From assembly GCA_964016885.1 (NCBI GenBank), contig OZ024743.1:326678001-326742000 (forward strand): a stretch of DNA of 64,000 bases, written 5' to 3'. This document shows positions 1 to 13,043 of this stretch, piece after piece. The stretch's first letter is position 1, and every line of letters begins with the position of its first letter. The position numbers and the translations under genes are program-made. The notes beneath the pieces are model-generated. The model did not search any database, was not told the origin of the DNA, and saw only the letters and a list, made by a program, of their open reading frames with translations. The DNA is from Eledone cirrhosa (lineage: Eukaryota).

Positions 1-225
1 TCTTCACTGGCACCTCTTCCTCGCCATAACCGAGCACTCCACTAGCGATCTTCTCGTCCAATCCCTGGTGTCATCACCCAACTCTCCTTTATCTTCCTCT
101 GTATCTTCTGCCATCGATGTGTCCCTCCAGCGATATGGGTTTAAAAGATCTGGGCTCTGGTGACATAGCCAAAGTATTGTAGCTTTCGCTTCTTTGTGAT
201 AAAGGACGCACACCTTTTCGAATAA
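1..225 (-). mobile_element. Decayed 3' fragment of an RTE-type LINE ORF
   Basis: Minus-strand translation across frameshifts gives KRKLQYFGYVTRA...EGHIDGRRYRGR...DDTRDWTRRSLVECSVMAR, which resembles the C-terminal region of RTE-clade ORFs. Confidence 0.6.
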
Positions 226-669
226 TGTTACTGGAGTAAGAGGAGTATAATGGTTGACACCAGAAATGGAGATACTTAGCTCTCTCAACGGCTCAGTCAA
301 GCTAGCTGTATCCACTTTGAATAGTGTAGTTCATCTTGTTGAACCTATAGCGTTGGGCCTATAACGCTCGAATCCTTATAACTAGCGGCCAAATCACATG
401 CTTTGAAAAAAGTACAGACAGTGTAATCCTGAAAATATATGGAAACAGTTTGAAAACTTGTCGGATGTACTGTACCTATTGTTCAAAGGGCCACTTTCAC
501 GTTGAATTTATCTGGGAATTCCATTAAGAGTACACGTGTGTGTGTGAAATGCTCAACCACTTGCACGGTAATATCATGCGCTGGCTGTTCCATTGATCAA
601 ATAACTGGAACACACGTCGTCGAAACTGACGGAGATCCATTCCATTCCATCCCATATGAGTGTGTATAC

Positions 670-935
670 ATCTCTTTTTCGCTCTCTCGCGCGCGCTCTT
701 TCTATCTTTCGCTCTCTCCTCTTCTCTCTCTCTTCTCTCTCTCTCCCCTCTTCTCTCTCTCTCCCCTCTTCTCTCTCTCTTTTTCTCTCTCTCTCTTCTC
801 TCTCTCTCTTTCTCTCTCCTCTTCTCTCTCTCTTCTTCTCTCTCTTTTCTCTCTCTCTCTCCTCTTCTCTCTCTCTTCTTCTCTCTCCTTCTCTCTCTCT
901 CTCTCTCTCTCGCTTTTTCTCTCTCCCTCTTTTTC
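670..935. repeat. Imperfect (CT)n/polypyrimidine microsatellite
   Basis: Direct inspection. It explains the low-complexity SL/ER ORFs. Confidence 0.95.
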
Positions 936-1560
936 TTGGTGTTTTGGTAGAATTTGTAAAGCGTCCGATAAAATGTCGTTTGTTCTGGCTCTATAAATTC
1001 TGAATTCAGATTCCTCCAATGTCGACTTTGCCTTTCACCCTTCTAAGGTCGATAAAATAAAATACCTGTTAAGTACTAGATTTGATATCATCGACTTTTC
1101 CCTTCCCCAAAATTTGCTTGCCTTGTGCCTAAATCATAATCCTTGTTAGAAAGAATTCTATTAAAATATATTCTTTGCAAGTACACGAAAGTTTAATACC
1201 GTTCCGTGTTAATGCTGTAAAAGCCCACCATTTTGATCGTCTGCCAACACCTTTGCATGACCTTTCCAAACATTTCTTAAATGATTCTGCCTTAGTCACT
1301 ATGTGTCGTCTGTTCAGACTCAACAATTTCGTAATCGTCTAAATGACGACTATTGCAGACTCGTGAATAATTCGATAAGGTATGACAGCTAGTTTCTCTC
1401 TCCCCAGATAAAAATAAATTGAACAATAGTGATATACTTCATGATGATTGATGAATGCAATTTTAAATACGTACGTCGTCAGTTTATTTTATTGACTACA
1501 AATTACAGCTTGAAATTATCGTGTCTATGTATGTGTCTGTATGTCTGTATTTATGTTTAG

Positions 1561-1617
<57 letters not shown>

Positions 1618-1663
1618 GAAAGCAGCGATTCTTTGCTTAAACTTTAATCTGTTATTTTAATAA

Positions 1664-1701
<38 letters not shown>

Positions 1702-1721
1702 CTGAGTGTGTTTATATTATA

Positions 1722-1764
<43 letters not shown>

Positions 1765-1919
1765 GTTGCCTAAGTTAGATTATCATCTATAATCTCGCTT
1801 GCATATATATATATATATACATATACATTTATATACATATATGAATCTATAAATGTATACATATGTAATACATGTGTGTGTGGGTGGGGGGGTGTCACTC
1901 TGTGTTTGTATATATATAT

Positions 1920-2051
1920 AAGTTCATTTATTCAATTTCTTACGCATAGCTATGATGTTTCAGCAAAACTGAAGAAATTTAGTGAGGTATCAACTTGCTT
2001 TGCTGAAACATCATAGCTATGTTGTAACAGATTAAATAAATATATGAACTT
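1920..2051. mobile_element. Palindromic MITE-like element within (TA)n
   Basis: Perfect 23-bp inverted repeat CATAGCTATGATGTTTCAGCAAA (1945-1967 / 1999-2021), outer AAGTTCAT/ATGAACTT (1920-1927 / 2044-2051), TA runs on both sides. Confidence 0.6.
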
Positions 2052-2054
2052 ATA

Positions 2055-2105
<51 letters not shown>

Positions 2106-2371
2106 GGTGTCCCCAAAGAAATATGTATTGAGGCAATTAACTGTGTGACTACTCTAGGATGTTTACACAGCCTTACCTATTGAGTAGGCTGAGATGCAAC
2201 CGGTACTAGCAGGGAAACTTTATGCTAGTCCCGTCAACATCTTATTATATATATATATATATGTGTGTGTGTAGAATTCCCCCCTCTCCCTTTTTTTTCA
2301 TTATTTAAGTCCTTTTATTTATGCGGGTATCGCAAACATGCGCTTAATTTTCCTTTTCTCTTTGATTCCAG

Positions 2372-2603
2372 ATGTAATGACAATGTTGGAAAACGTAGTA
2401 GCTGGTACAAACGAGGAAGCTGGGACAAACGTGGAAGCTGGAACAAGAAAAGTGATGATCTAACCAAACGTGGCAGCTGGAACAAACGTTCGGATGAAGA
2501 GGACAGCAAACGAGGTAGCTGGAATAAACGACAAGATACGGAGGATTTCTCTGAAGCTATGCTTAAGAAAGTCCTCAATGAAAACTATGGAGTCCACCTG
2601 TAA
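2372..2603 (+). CDS. Terminal coding exon of an achatin-like / Ocp-3 (GSWD)-type neuropeptide precursor
   Basis: Acceptor ttttctctttgattccAG at 2370-2371. The exon encodes CNDNVG-KR-SSWY-KR-GSWD-KR-GSWN-KK-SDDLT-KR-GSWN-KR-SDEEDS-KR-GSWN-KR-QDTEDFSEAMLKKVLNENYGVHL*: dibasic sites, acidic spacers, no amidation Gly. GSWD is the known octopus cardioactive tetrapeptide Ocp-3. The signal-peptide exon was not found in the window. Confidence 0.9.
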
Positions 2604-2833
2604 GAAATAATAATTATTAAATATATAGAAACATGTATATTATGATAAGATGCGGACTAACTGATCCTCTGGGATATTAACTACATACAAATGGAAAGGA
2701 TGATAACGAGCTGGTTAGAACGAATGCCATAATGTTTCTTCTGTGAGACTACGTGCATCTAACAGTATGGAATTTAAAGGCTCTTCAAACCAATCTACAT
2801 TTTAAACATTTCATGTTTTTGTTGTTTTTTTTT

Positions 2834-2839
2834 AATAAA
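2834..2839 (+). promoter_or_regulatory. Candidate polyadenylation signal of the neuropeptide gene
   Basis: AATAAA about 230 nt after the stop codon, followed by T-rich sequence. Confidence 0.4.
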
Positions 2840-3905
2840 TTAATTTTCCTGGAATCAGGTTTTTTCTGTTTTCTTTTTCTATTTTTAAAAATGTTTGTAT
2901 TATCAGATTTTTTTTTTCTTATTGGTGTAATATTGTGGACGCAAGTATGGCCGAATGTTTAACAGGTTCGCTCCGCAATCATTAGGTCCTGGTTTGATTA
3001 CACAGTGTGGCATCTCGGGCTTGTACCATTTACCATAGTCTCCTGTCAATCCATGTCTGTCCATTCATACATTTTGTTTTATTTGTTCAGTATATAAACA
3101 CAAAAGATATCAGTTATGTCACAACACGAGTGTGTGTCCGTGAAACAAACACATACACAAAGTCCGAACACAAAGGAACCAAACTCCCACTGTCACTGCC
3201 TCCGTCTCTGCCGCTCTCTCCATCTCTCACGAGCAAATGGAGGCCCACTTGGTGGTCGCCCCGCGGCCCCGGCAGACAGAATAAAGAGGGCATTTCCCCG
3301 GAGAATGGTGAGAGAGAAGCGCTGGAACCTTAACCCTAGCTCACGTCCTGTGAGTGAAATTAGGCAGACAGAAACTGCCTGGAAGCCCGATCGATTCACT
3401 ATACAGATAATTCAAAGGGCCAACCTTATTATACACTGTGTCACGCTGTGCCTCCCTGAGAATTACGTAAAGGGTACATGTGTCTGTGGATTACTCAATC
3501 ATTTACAGGTTAATTTCATAAACAGGCTGTTCCGTCAATCGAACAACTGGAATACTTATTGTCCAAACCAACGGATATCAATCATCGTGATATCATTCAA
3601 AATCTGTATCGAACTAGTTTGGAATGGAAATTTGTTTTTCACTTCATGTTTCATGATGGCTGCATCCCCAGAATAACTACAACCTACTGGCTGAAACTAG
3701 AGAGAGAATAAAAGGGTATACACAGGCGCGCTCACACACACGCATACATACACACACACACACACAGATACATAATACATACATACACACATACATATAT
3801 ACATACATACTCACACGCATATACATACATACAGATAGTTCAAGAAATGACAAGACACACAGAGAAGCAAAAATACAAAACCTTATTAGTCTCACTATTA
3901 CACAC

Positions 3906-3973
<68 letters not shown>

Positions 3974-4622
3974 AGTTTTTTAAAGAAATAAGACACGAAT
4001 TCAGCACATATCAAGAACTATAATGATAACTGTTTCAATATTATACATGAAAGGTAAGTGTTCAATATGTATAGATCGTTGAAGATCAGAATGAATTATT
4101 TAGCTCATATATATGATATATGATAAATATATGACTCTGAGAAGCAATGCGACTATTGCTAGCATCACAAAATATAATAGAAAGTATGTATTACGACGTC
4201 TGTATTCTGAGGCTAAACTGCTGTCAATGACTCTTTGAGCCTGGATTGGCAGTATCGGTAGAGCGTTAGACATCATGCTTTACGTTCTGAGTTCAAATCC
4301 CGCCGAAGTTAACTTTGCCTTTCATCCTTACGGGGTCGATAAAAAAAAGTACCAGTAATGTACTGGTAATTGCTGGCCTTGTACCAAAAGTAGAAACAAT
4401 TATTTTAGTAAAATATTTGGTTCAGTACATCATGGAAATCAGTTGTCGTGCTATTATTCAGACATATTAATCAGGCGTCGAATTAAAGTCTTGTATGGAA
4501 TGTTTTCTAATATTCTTTCCGGTTCTTTTTGCTCTCTGAGTTTACATCCCGCCGAGGTCAATTTTGCCTCTCATCTTTGTGGAGACGATAAAAAAAAGTA
4601 CCATTCAAGTACTATGATAGAT

Positions 4623-5205
<583 letters not shown>

Positions 5206-5561
5206 ATGCATATTAACGGCTAAGGAGCCTAATTTGCATATCAGCCGTACGTCTGTCATATATCAAATCATATATTTTATCTGATGAAGACGTACCTTTG
5301 AAATATATATAATAAAGCATATATTTTGATTATGTGAATATCTTTCATTTGTTAATATTTTGAATAATATTAAAAACTCCAGGAAAACTACTTGTTGAGT
5401 GCTTTTAATCTATTGTAAAATTGTATTCATTGAGTAATCAACGAACCATATTAATCTTTGGTTATATATATATATATATATATATATATAGCTATGTAGC
5501 TATCTAGCTATCTCTCTCTCTCTCTTTGCCTCTCTCTCTTTCTCTCTATCATTCTCTCTTA

Positions 5562-5630
<69 letters not shown>

Positions 5631-6435
5631 TCTCTCTCTTTCTCTCTCACTCTCACTCTCTCTATCACTTTCTCTTCTGGAAGAAATCGGCTGTGCTCAG
5701 ACTTGGAGAGGGGTTGGACTCCACTAAGTTTAAAGTGCCCCAGACTCCACCAGGAATTAGGGGTCCAAACACACATACTCTTATTTGAGACTAAACTACA
5801 TTCAACGACTCGTTCTACATAGCAATAAATCATTAAGATCGGCCGTCAGTATGCTATTTATTAGAGGAAGCCATCAGAGATAGCAAATGTTAGAAATAAA
5901 TTCTACTTAAAAAGATGGACATATATCGAATGAAGAAAAAGAAAACAAGACAAAGGCAAACATTAATAAAAACTCACAGAAAAAGAAAAATTGATGACCA
6001 GTCACTAGAGAAATAATGTGAAAGATTCTACTTCACATTTCTTCAAATAGGTAATTAGGAACGTTAAGAGCAATAACTAATTTAAGAAAGGTGGAAATTA
6101 TGACAGTTGTGTGGGTTTCACTGGCATAGAAATCTGAACAAAATGGCGTCGTTTGTAAGAGATAAGTAAACTTACTGTGAAGTCAATTTTGTCAGTCGCT
6201 GAAAATGATTCTATTTTATTTGGCAATTTCTCCGCGAGATGCAACTGAAACCTAACGCTCAGGCATGGGTGTAGAAGCTGGCGCTCCCCTACTTTCGCTT
6301 GGTTCGTTGCTTAATTTCTTTTCTCTTCTTTTCGATTCCTTATTGCCATTCATGTTGTAGAGTTAAAGGAACATATCTCAATATATTTATTATTTACGTG
6401 GTTATTGTTGTTTTGTCAGTCGGGTAGCTACGGTC

Positions 6436-6496
<61 letters not shown>

Positions 6497-6596
6497 TCTC
6501 ACTCTCTCTCTCTCTTTCTTTCTTTCTCTCTCTGAAAGAATTGCGTTGACCTGGAGAGCGATGAGTTCTGTCAGATTTAGAACTGCTTCTTTGGTA

Positions 6597-6711
<115 letters not shown>

Positions 6712-6774
6712 TGGATATGAATGGATGGTCCCATAGAGCACCAGAGTAATCGATACTTGGGGTAGTAGAGTGGG

Positions 6775-6846
6775 TAATAGGAAAAGAGTCAGGACCGACC
6801 CAACGGCCGGAGCTCAACCGTTGGGGTCCTGACTCTTTTCCTATTA
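6775..6846. repeat. Long palindrome (~29-bp arms)
   Basis: TAATAGGAAAAGAGTCAGGACC(gac)CCAACGG ... CCGTTGGGGTCCTGACTCTTTTCCTATTA, abutting (TA)n. Confidence 0.85.
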
Positions 6847-6904
6847 TATATATATATATATATGTGTATGTATGTATGTATGTATATATATATGTATATA
6901 TATG

Positions 6905-6955
<51 letters not shown>

Positions 6956-7254
6956 GTGTATATATACATATATATATAAATATATATATATATGTATATA
7001 TATGTATATATACATATATATGATGTATTATTAGGAAAAGCACTCGACGTTATTCAATTCATCCATCTTTGTTTATGTTGAATGTTATTGGTAGTGCGAG
7101 AACGGAGTTAATTATTATGGAGTAAAATGACAGGGGGCCGGACTGTTGAAATTCCTTCAAAGATTTATTATAGAAAACACTATGTACGTTTCAATGACCA
7201 ACTTCCGTAGGATCCTGGTGACATCATCAGGTCCGGCCTCCTGTCATTTTATTC

Positions 7255-7302
<48 letters not shown>

Positions 7303-7418
7303 CTTTGACTTTTATCCTTACAGGGTCGATAAAATAGAGTACCAGTAATGTACTGGGTAATTGCTGGCCTTGTGCCAAACGTAGAAACAATTATTAATAT
7401 TCGAAAAACTCAAATTAC

Positions 7419-7460
<42 letters not shown>

Positions 7461-7670
7461 AGGGGGGTGTAACTTGGAGTTACTGCAGGTTCACCCGGGG
7501 GAGCACTCGATGTTTAGGTTCACTTCTGTGTTGAGGTGTAGAGCTATACAGAGTGTAATATATTGAAAGGATAACAAGGACGATTGGTTACTCCTTCATT
7601 ACATTTATTGGTAGGTGACGCGCGTTTCGCCACTGATCAGCTCAAGGTTCGATCTGTATCGATCCTACCC

Positions 7671-7727
7671 GACTCAATGATCGGCAGTTCGACGGAAAGA
7701 GTCCGTCGAGCTGCCGATCATTGAGTC
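7671..7727. repeat. 26-bp inverted repeat with 5-nt loop
   Basis: GACTCAATGATCGGCAGTTCGACGGA-aagag-TCCGTCGAGCTGCCGATCATTGAGTC. The single mismatch is a U-G pair on the + strand. Confidence 0.9.
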
Positions 7728-9296
7728 TAAAAGTTGGTCTAAAAGCTGGAACACCCGCCGTCAAAACCGACAGACATCCAACAACTTATTATGCCGCTAA
7801 ACTTATTTCATAGGGACTTCATTGATCATACATGTGGGTATTCTATATTTATTTCCTCAACATTAGTTCTAGTCAATGGGCGCATGAAAAGAGGTTTGTT
7901 TCAGAATCATTAGACTCTGGATTCGATCTTGCTGCGTGGGACCTTGAGCAAGTGTCAAATACCATCGTGTCAGGTCGATTTAGGCTTTGTGAGTAAAGTT
8001 GGGTAGATAGAAAATGTTTGGAAGGCCGCCGAATGAATTGTATCTATAATTCAAAGAACCAATTAGATGATCAGCCACTTACACGTTAATTTCATGAGCA
8101 AGCTCTTCGGTTGATCGAATACCTGGAACAGTCATCGTCGAAATCGGCGGAGGTCGATTTCAGTTCTAGTCAAAAATATGCAACCATTATGGATATATAT
8201 GCAACAGTAAATTTAGGCGTTTAGTTTACTTAATGCTCAATCTAGATGACAATAATCTCTTCTTTATAACTGTTGAAATATTAACTTATTATTCTGAGAT
8301 CATTTAAAAATAAGTTAGAGAAACATTTACTGTAGTATGCAGTGTTAAATAGATTACTGCTTGTTGGCTGTTTTCAATAATAGGATTCTGATTAGAATAA
8401 GCTTTAGAGGCGATTTCTTGACAACTGTGAATTTATGAATAAACCACCTTGTTAAATAACTTAATATTTAGAATTAAATCTTAGACATCTCCGAATATTT
8501 ACTTTAGCTATCAGTTTGCTTTGAAAATCTCTTTACCTATTCTATTCTTTGCTGTGGAATTCGTCAGCTTACAAATAAACATTTGGAATGGACTTGTGTC
8601 AGTTTCGACGAAGAGTGCTTCAGCTGTTGATTAACGGGATTGCTTCCTCGTGAAATTAACGCTGTCGAGACCTAAGGCGTACTTGGACCCCGTACTGTCG
8701 AGCTCTTCCGTAAGACCGGAACGTCGACAGCCCGTCTGAGGAAGGAGCCCCGTGAAATGAGATGGCTGTTGCAGTGGGTGTCGCTGGTTCTTGTCAGCGA
8801 GAATGCTTTTGCGGTCTTGTCCACGGGGTGCATCCTTATTACCGCTGCACCCTAGACCCAGAGCCCAATCACCCTCCACATCCACATTCTTCTGTAACAC
8901 TAGAGTCCTTGCCGTTCCCTCCCTTTTTCCGTGTTTTCTTTATATTTTACGAATTTACATTCCATTCGTTCTTTTCAATCTAAATTTTCTTTTTTTTTCT
9001 ATTAAACTGTATTTACACTTACTGAGCATTCCACAGACACGTGCACTACCCTTATCATAATTCTCAGGGAGATTCAGTGTAGTACAGTGTGTGACAATAC
9101 ATTCCATTTGGCGGGCGTCTAAACAGTTTCCGTCTACCCAATTTCATTAACAATGCTATGGAAAATTGAAAAAGATATCACGCTGTGGAAAAGATATCAC
9201 TCGAGACCTAATGATTGCGAAGCGAACTTCTTGACTATTTGGCCATGCATGTACGCACACAACAAGCATTTACACCAATAGTGTAATAGTATAAAT

Positions 9297-9460
9297 CAGG
9301 CATGGGGAACGTTTTTCAAACAGTGGGGCACATAGGATGAGGCTCATCATAAGGCGGGCCACACTACTTAAACATTCAAGGCAATTTTGAAATTAAGCAC
9401 GCAATTCAGAACGGCAAACAGGCCGTATGCGGCTCGCGGGCCGTAGTTTGCTTATGACTG
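9297..9460. mobile_element. hAT-type MITE
   Basis: Ends CAGGGCATGGGGAAC / GTTTGCTTATGACTG, internal gcgggcc motifs, 8-bp TSD gtataaat / gtgtaaat (7/8 match). Confidence 0.7.
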
Positions 9461-10014
9461 GTGTAAATAGACAAATTACCGAATACATACACAATAGTGT
9501 AAAGTAGTGTAACATTTCCAAGTGTTCCGTTAACTAGTACTGTTAGGTTGTAATCCTTTCATAGCTAAAACATTAATATAAATGAATGCGACTAACAAGC
9601 CCTAAATAGGAACTAACTATTTAGTGGTGCTCCTACACAAATTTTATCAACACTGAAGTGTTCATATGTCCTACAGCTCAGGAACATACATGCACTCCTA
9701 GCGCTATTAAAGGCGTTTCGTATGTCCACCTTTACAAGGAGGTTATGACGATGGGGATAAACATGCTCAATGGGGTATATAGCTGCGTGAGCACCTGCCT
9801 CATATCAGTATTTAAGCCCTGCATCTGAATTGAACGTGGCGCAGTTCCTCGCTAAGTTCCTCCTCTACGGTTGATTTACAAACAATTTTTTTTACACGAG
9901 TCGTTGAAAGAGATTCCTAGATACAGTGAATCCAACACCTCCAGCATTCACTCTTGCAAGGTCACAATTCCACCTATATGTATGATATTTTCATTTGTAA
10001 CTATTTATGGTGTA

Positions 10015-10330
10015 GGCGCGTGGCTTAGTGGTTATGGGTGTTCGGATCATGATCACGGGAGTTCGATTCTCGGCTGCGCGTTGTGTATTTGAGCTGGACA
10101 CTTTACTTCCCGTTGCTCCAGTCTACTCAGTTAGCAAAAATGAGTTGTACCTGTAATTCAAAGAGCCAGTCTTGTCTCACTGCCACACATTCTTTCACGC
10201 TAAATGGATCTGGGAACTAAATTAAGGGTGCGCTTGTCTTTAGAATGCTCAGCCCCTTGCACGTGAATTTCACGATGTTCTGTTGCTCAAACAACTGGAG
10301 CACTCGTCGTCGAAGCCGGCGGAGATCCAC
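10015..10330 (+). mobile_element. tRNA-headed SINE, family B (best copy)
   Basis: A box TGGCTTAGTGG, B box GAGTTCGATTCTC, body aattcaaaggg..ccttgtcacac..gagaattacg..acacgtgtctgtggaatgctcagc..gtcgtcgaaaccgacggagatcca. Related copies near 480-645, 3410-3600, 7880-8155, 9020-9245(-), 12270-12440(-), 31200-31540, 32480-32830(-), 38770-39020, 62500-62720. Confidence 0.75.
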
Positions 10331-10429
10331 AAAATACACACTTTTCTATATACACGTAATGTGTGCGCGCGCGTGTGTGTGTGTGTGTATGTGTGTGTGT
10401 GTAGATATACATTTCTATGAACGCACATC

Positions 10430-11712
10430 AATATCGATGAAATTCGATCCAAGATGTTAAAAGCCTTAAATAGAGAAGGTATTCTCTGGTTGACTCGTGT
10501 GTGCCAGATGGCCAGGATCTCTGGAAAGGTACCTAAGCAATGGCAATCGGGAGTGATAATCCCAGTTTTTAAAAGGGGAGCCAAGAGAGTTTGCTCCAAT
10601 TATAGAGGGATCTCTTTGTTAATTCTCCTCGGTATAGCCTATGCTAAGTGTCTGGCAAAGAGATGTAGGGAGATTTTTTCCCTGGACGCAATACAGCCGA
10701 CCAAATATTCACACTGCGGCAGGACTTTGAGAAATCGTGAGCCCTGATGTCTCTATGTGAATTCCTTAGTATTTGTGTTCGGATAAATGTCGAAACCATT
10801 TAATGCGAATGTCGGACTCTGCCGAGGGTGCATTCTGTCACCTCCCCTGTTCATATTCTTCATGGACAGGATTGACATGTGCAGCCAGGTGCGTAGTGAT
10901 ATTGAGACTGGAAGGTGTAGTATCAGTCGGCTAGAATTCGCAGACGGCATGGTACTACTTAACTCGTCAGAAGGTAATCTCCGATTTTCACTTGATAGGT
11001 TTGATGTCGAATGCTGCATGACAAGAATGAAATTCAGTGCTGTGAAAACTGAGACACCCGTCCTCCCACGGAAGCCTGCACAGTGCACTCTATATGTAAA
11101 TGGAGTTCCACTGAAGCAGGTAGAGAAGTTCAAGTATCTTGGGCCCGTTTTCACGAGTGATGGAAGGCAGGAGGCTGAATTAAGTGCATGAATTTCAGGA
11201 GCTGGTGGAGTAATGTACCAGCTTCAGCATTCGGTAATCAGAAGAAGGGTGGTGGGTGAAAAAGCCAAACTCGCTATCTTCAATTCGGTATTCGTGCCAA
11301 CCCTTAACTACGGTCATGAATCTTGGGTAATGACTGAAAGAATACGATCGCGAATACAATGGGCTTCCTCTGAAGGGTCTTTGGAGTAACGTTACTCGAT
11401 AGAGTGTGTAGCTCGGAGATCAGAGAGTCACTCCAGGTAGAGCCGCAACTTCTCCGAATTGAGAGATCACAGCTCCAATACTATGGGCATGTGGTTAGAA
11501 TGTCTCAGGAAAGCATCACTGGACAGATTTTACAGGCAAAACCAACCAGCAAGAGACTTGGAAGTAAACTCTGAGCATGATGGTTAGATAACATCCATGA
11601 TCTCGGCTGGTCTCGCTTGGGGATCCAGCCGGATAAATTGGAGACAGTTGCACCTGACAGGACCCGCTGGAAGACGTGCTTTAGGACTCTGCCCCTACGA
11701 CCCTCTATAATT
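10430..11712 (+). mobile_element. 5'-truncated, frameshifted RTE-clade LINE
   Basis: IDEI..MLKAL..WQSGVIIPVFKRG..CSNYRGISL; G-CILSPPLF; EFADG (YADD-like); VEKFKYLG. Contains stops and an internal deletion. Confidence 0.85.
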
Positions 11713-11848
11713 ATATTTTGAGTATACACGCGCATGTGTGTATTCTGTGAGTATATATGTGTGTTTGTGTGTGTGTATTGATGTACATGTACATGCAGAT
11801 ATAATACTCTGTATATGTCTAGATAATTTTCTTTTTATAGATAGATAG

Positions 11849-11920
<72 letters not shown>

Positions 11921-13043
11921 ATAAATGGTTAGATGAGTATGCATGTGTATGGAGACACATATTTGTTTCTGTAAGTCTGAGTGTGTATCTGAACGTATGG
12001 GAAGAGGCGGGAGTGTTGAGGTGTAGTCCTATATGCAAATTTGTTCCGTCCGTACATGGCATGTCATTAGTAAAATCGGTTGATGTTTGCATACCGTGAC
12101 ATTGATTCAAGTTTACTCTTGGTGGAGTTACCGCCAACATTCTCATGTTGACGATCTCTGATCTGAACACATTGTAAAAACAACAGCTTTTTATATTCGG
12201 ATTAAATAAGATAAAAATATAATATCTATAATCCAATAAGAGAGAAGGAAAAGAGGAATCAATAGACAACCGTCGGTTCCCAGGAATAGTGTTCTAGTTG
12301 TTTGATCAACCTAACTTCTAGCTCGTAAAATTAACGAGCCAGTGACTGAGCATTCCACAGACACGTGTACCTTCAACGTAATTCTCAGTTAGATTCAATG
12401 TGACACAGTGTGTGACAAAGATGGCTCTTTGAATTACTGGCATAGTGTAAGTGACTGAGCATACCAGACATGCATAACCTTAACGTAATTTACAGGGAAA
12501 TTCAGCGTGACTTCAAGAAGATTCAGTTTCCTTCTACCCAGTTTCATTCGCAAGGCAGTTGACTCTATGGTTATTGACATGCTCCCAAAATATCACACCG
12601 TGGGATATAACCCGGGACCTAATGATTGCGAAGCGTCGATTTATATAGTGCACCAGTATGGGCGTAATAGAGGAATTCCTTTTTCGGTTGTCTTTAATAT
12701 CCCGTAAATCAGCGATTCGACAGAAAAGGATCGATAAAATAAATACCAGACACGAAAAAAAGTAAGTATTGGGGTCGATATGTTCGACTATATGAAAGTG
12801 CTACCCCAGCATGACTGCTATATAATAGTCTAATTACGGAAACCAGTAAAAGACTAAACGAAAGAATATGTTTTTTTTTATTTTTGTAATACGTATTCTT
12901 CAGGTTTTTGATATCATTTATTTTCCAATTTATATTTTTTAGTGTATAATCGCCTCACCCTCATTCCCGCCAAGTCATTAGAACCTCTCCCATTTCATTA
13001 AATTGTCTTATATTTTTATGCTCCCCGTTTCATACATAGATAC

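Noticed and set aside
2265-2371. N-terminal part of the 112-aa ORF as a signal peptide
   Set aside because: It starts at a GTG in a microsatellite and runs through a polypyrimidine tract and AG acceptor, so it is intronic.
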